Shown here: piece by piece, positions 39,352 to 39,545 of the stretch
Layout of the letters: every line of letters starts with the position of its first letter
Position numbering within the stretch: position 1 is the stretch's first letter
Assembly: GCA_040756235.1 (NCBI GenBank)
Contig: JBFLZG010000092.1
Location: 1 to 39,545 of the forward strand
Direction: 5' to 3'
Source: a bacterium
GTDB lineage: Bacteria > Desulfobacterota > DSWW01
Length of the DNA: 39,545 bases
Position numbers and translations under genes: made by a program
The notes under the pieces: model-generated
What the model was told of the DNA's origin: nothing
The model's input: only the letters and a program-made list of their open reading frames with translations
Database searches by the model: none

Positions 39352-39545
39352 TAGGAGGCTGTCCATAAATGCCCATCTGCGGCGTTGCGCTCATCCTTCG
39401 TCATTGCGGCGTACTCCCATGTACGCCTCATTCCTCAGGATTTGACTCGGGCCGTCCATGGCCCTCGCCCTGCGGGCGCATCATCCTGGCGGATGATGCG
39501 CCCAATTCCGCTGTCCTGCGGAATTGTCGCGCGCCTTGCATCTGG
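39351..39545. mobile_element. MITE family A copy 5 with 84-nt nested cassette (cut by window edge)
   Basis: CTAGGAGGCTGTCCATAAATGCCCATCTGC...; cassette 39444-39527 matches 26659-26742. Confidence 0.88.

Overview
GC-rich bacterial DNA, most consistent with an anaerobic deltaproteobacterium (Desulfobacterota-like; inferred from gene content, sigma-54 use and repeat types). Bases ~840-22140 form a ~21 kb acyl-CoA catabolic cluster in three apparent transcription units. It encodes two different two-subunit coenzyme B12-dependent acyl-CoA mutases, neither with methylmalonyl-CoA mutase specificity residues, plus one MeaB, two acyl-CoA dehydrogenases, two thiolases, a FadH-like flavin/Fe-S reductase, a crotonase, an SDR, a fused family I CoA-transferase-like protein lacking the catalytic Glu, an AMACR-like protein, a CoA ligase and a 3-hydroxyacyl-CoA dehydrogenase. 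All three predicted promoters carry a similar FadR/GntR-type box. Next come lgt and a predicted sigma-54 two-gene unit encoding a lipase-foldase-like protein and a non-lipase, Cys-rich exported protein with a GC...TM...RRR C-terminal tag. These are followed by iscU, fmt-rsmB-rpe, tRNA-Pro(CGG), an AI-2E transporter, an uncharacterised Tat/ferredoxin gene pair and a CrtC-like lipoprotein/DUF1329/DUF1302 envelope trio. Intergenic DNA holds five copies of a structured MITE (two with a nested 84-nt cassette showing compensatory changes), a second MITE family, REP-like elements and short orphan gene fragments (SDR, group II intron RT, BKACE, mutase). All family calls come from motif recognition by eye; no searches were run.
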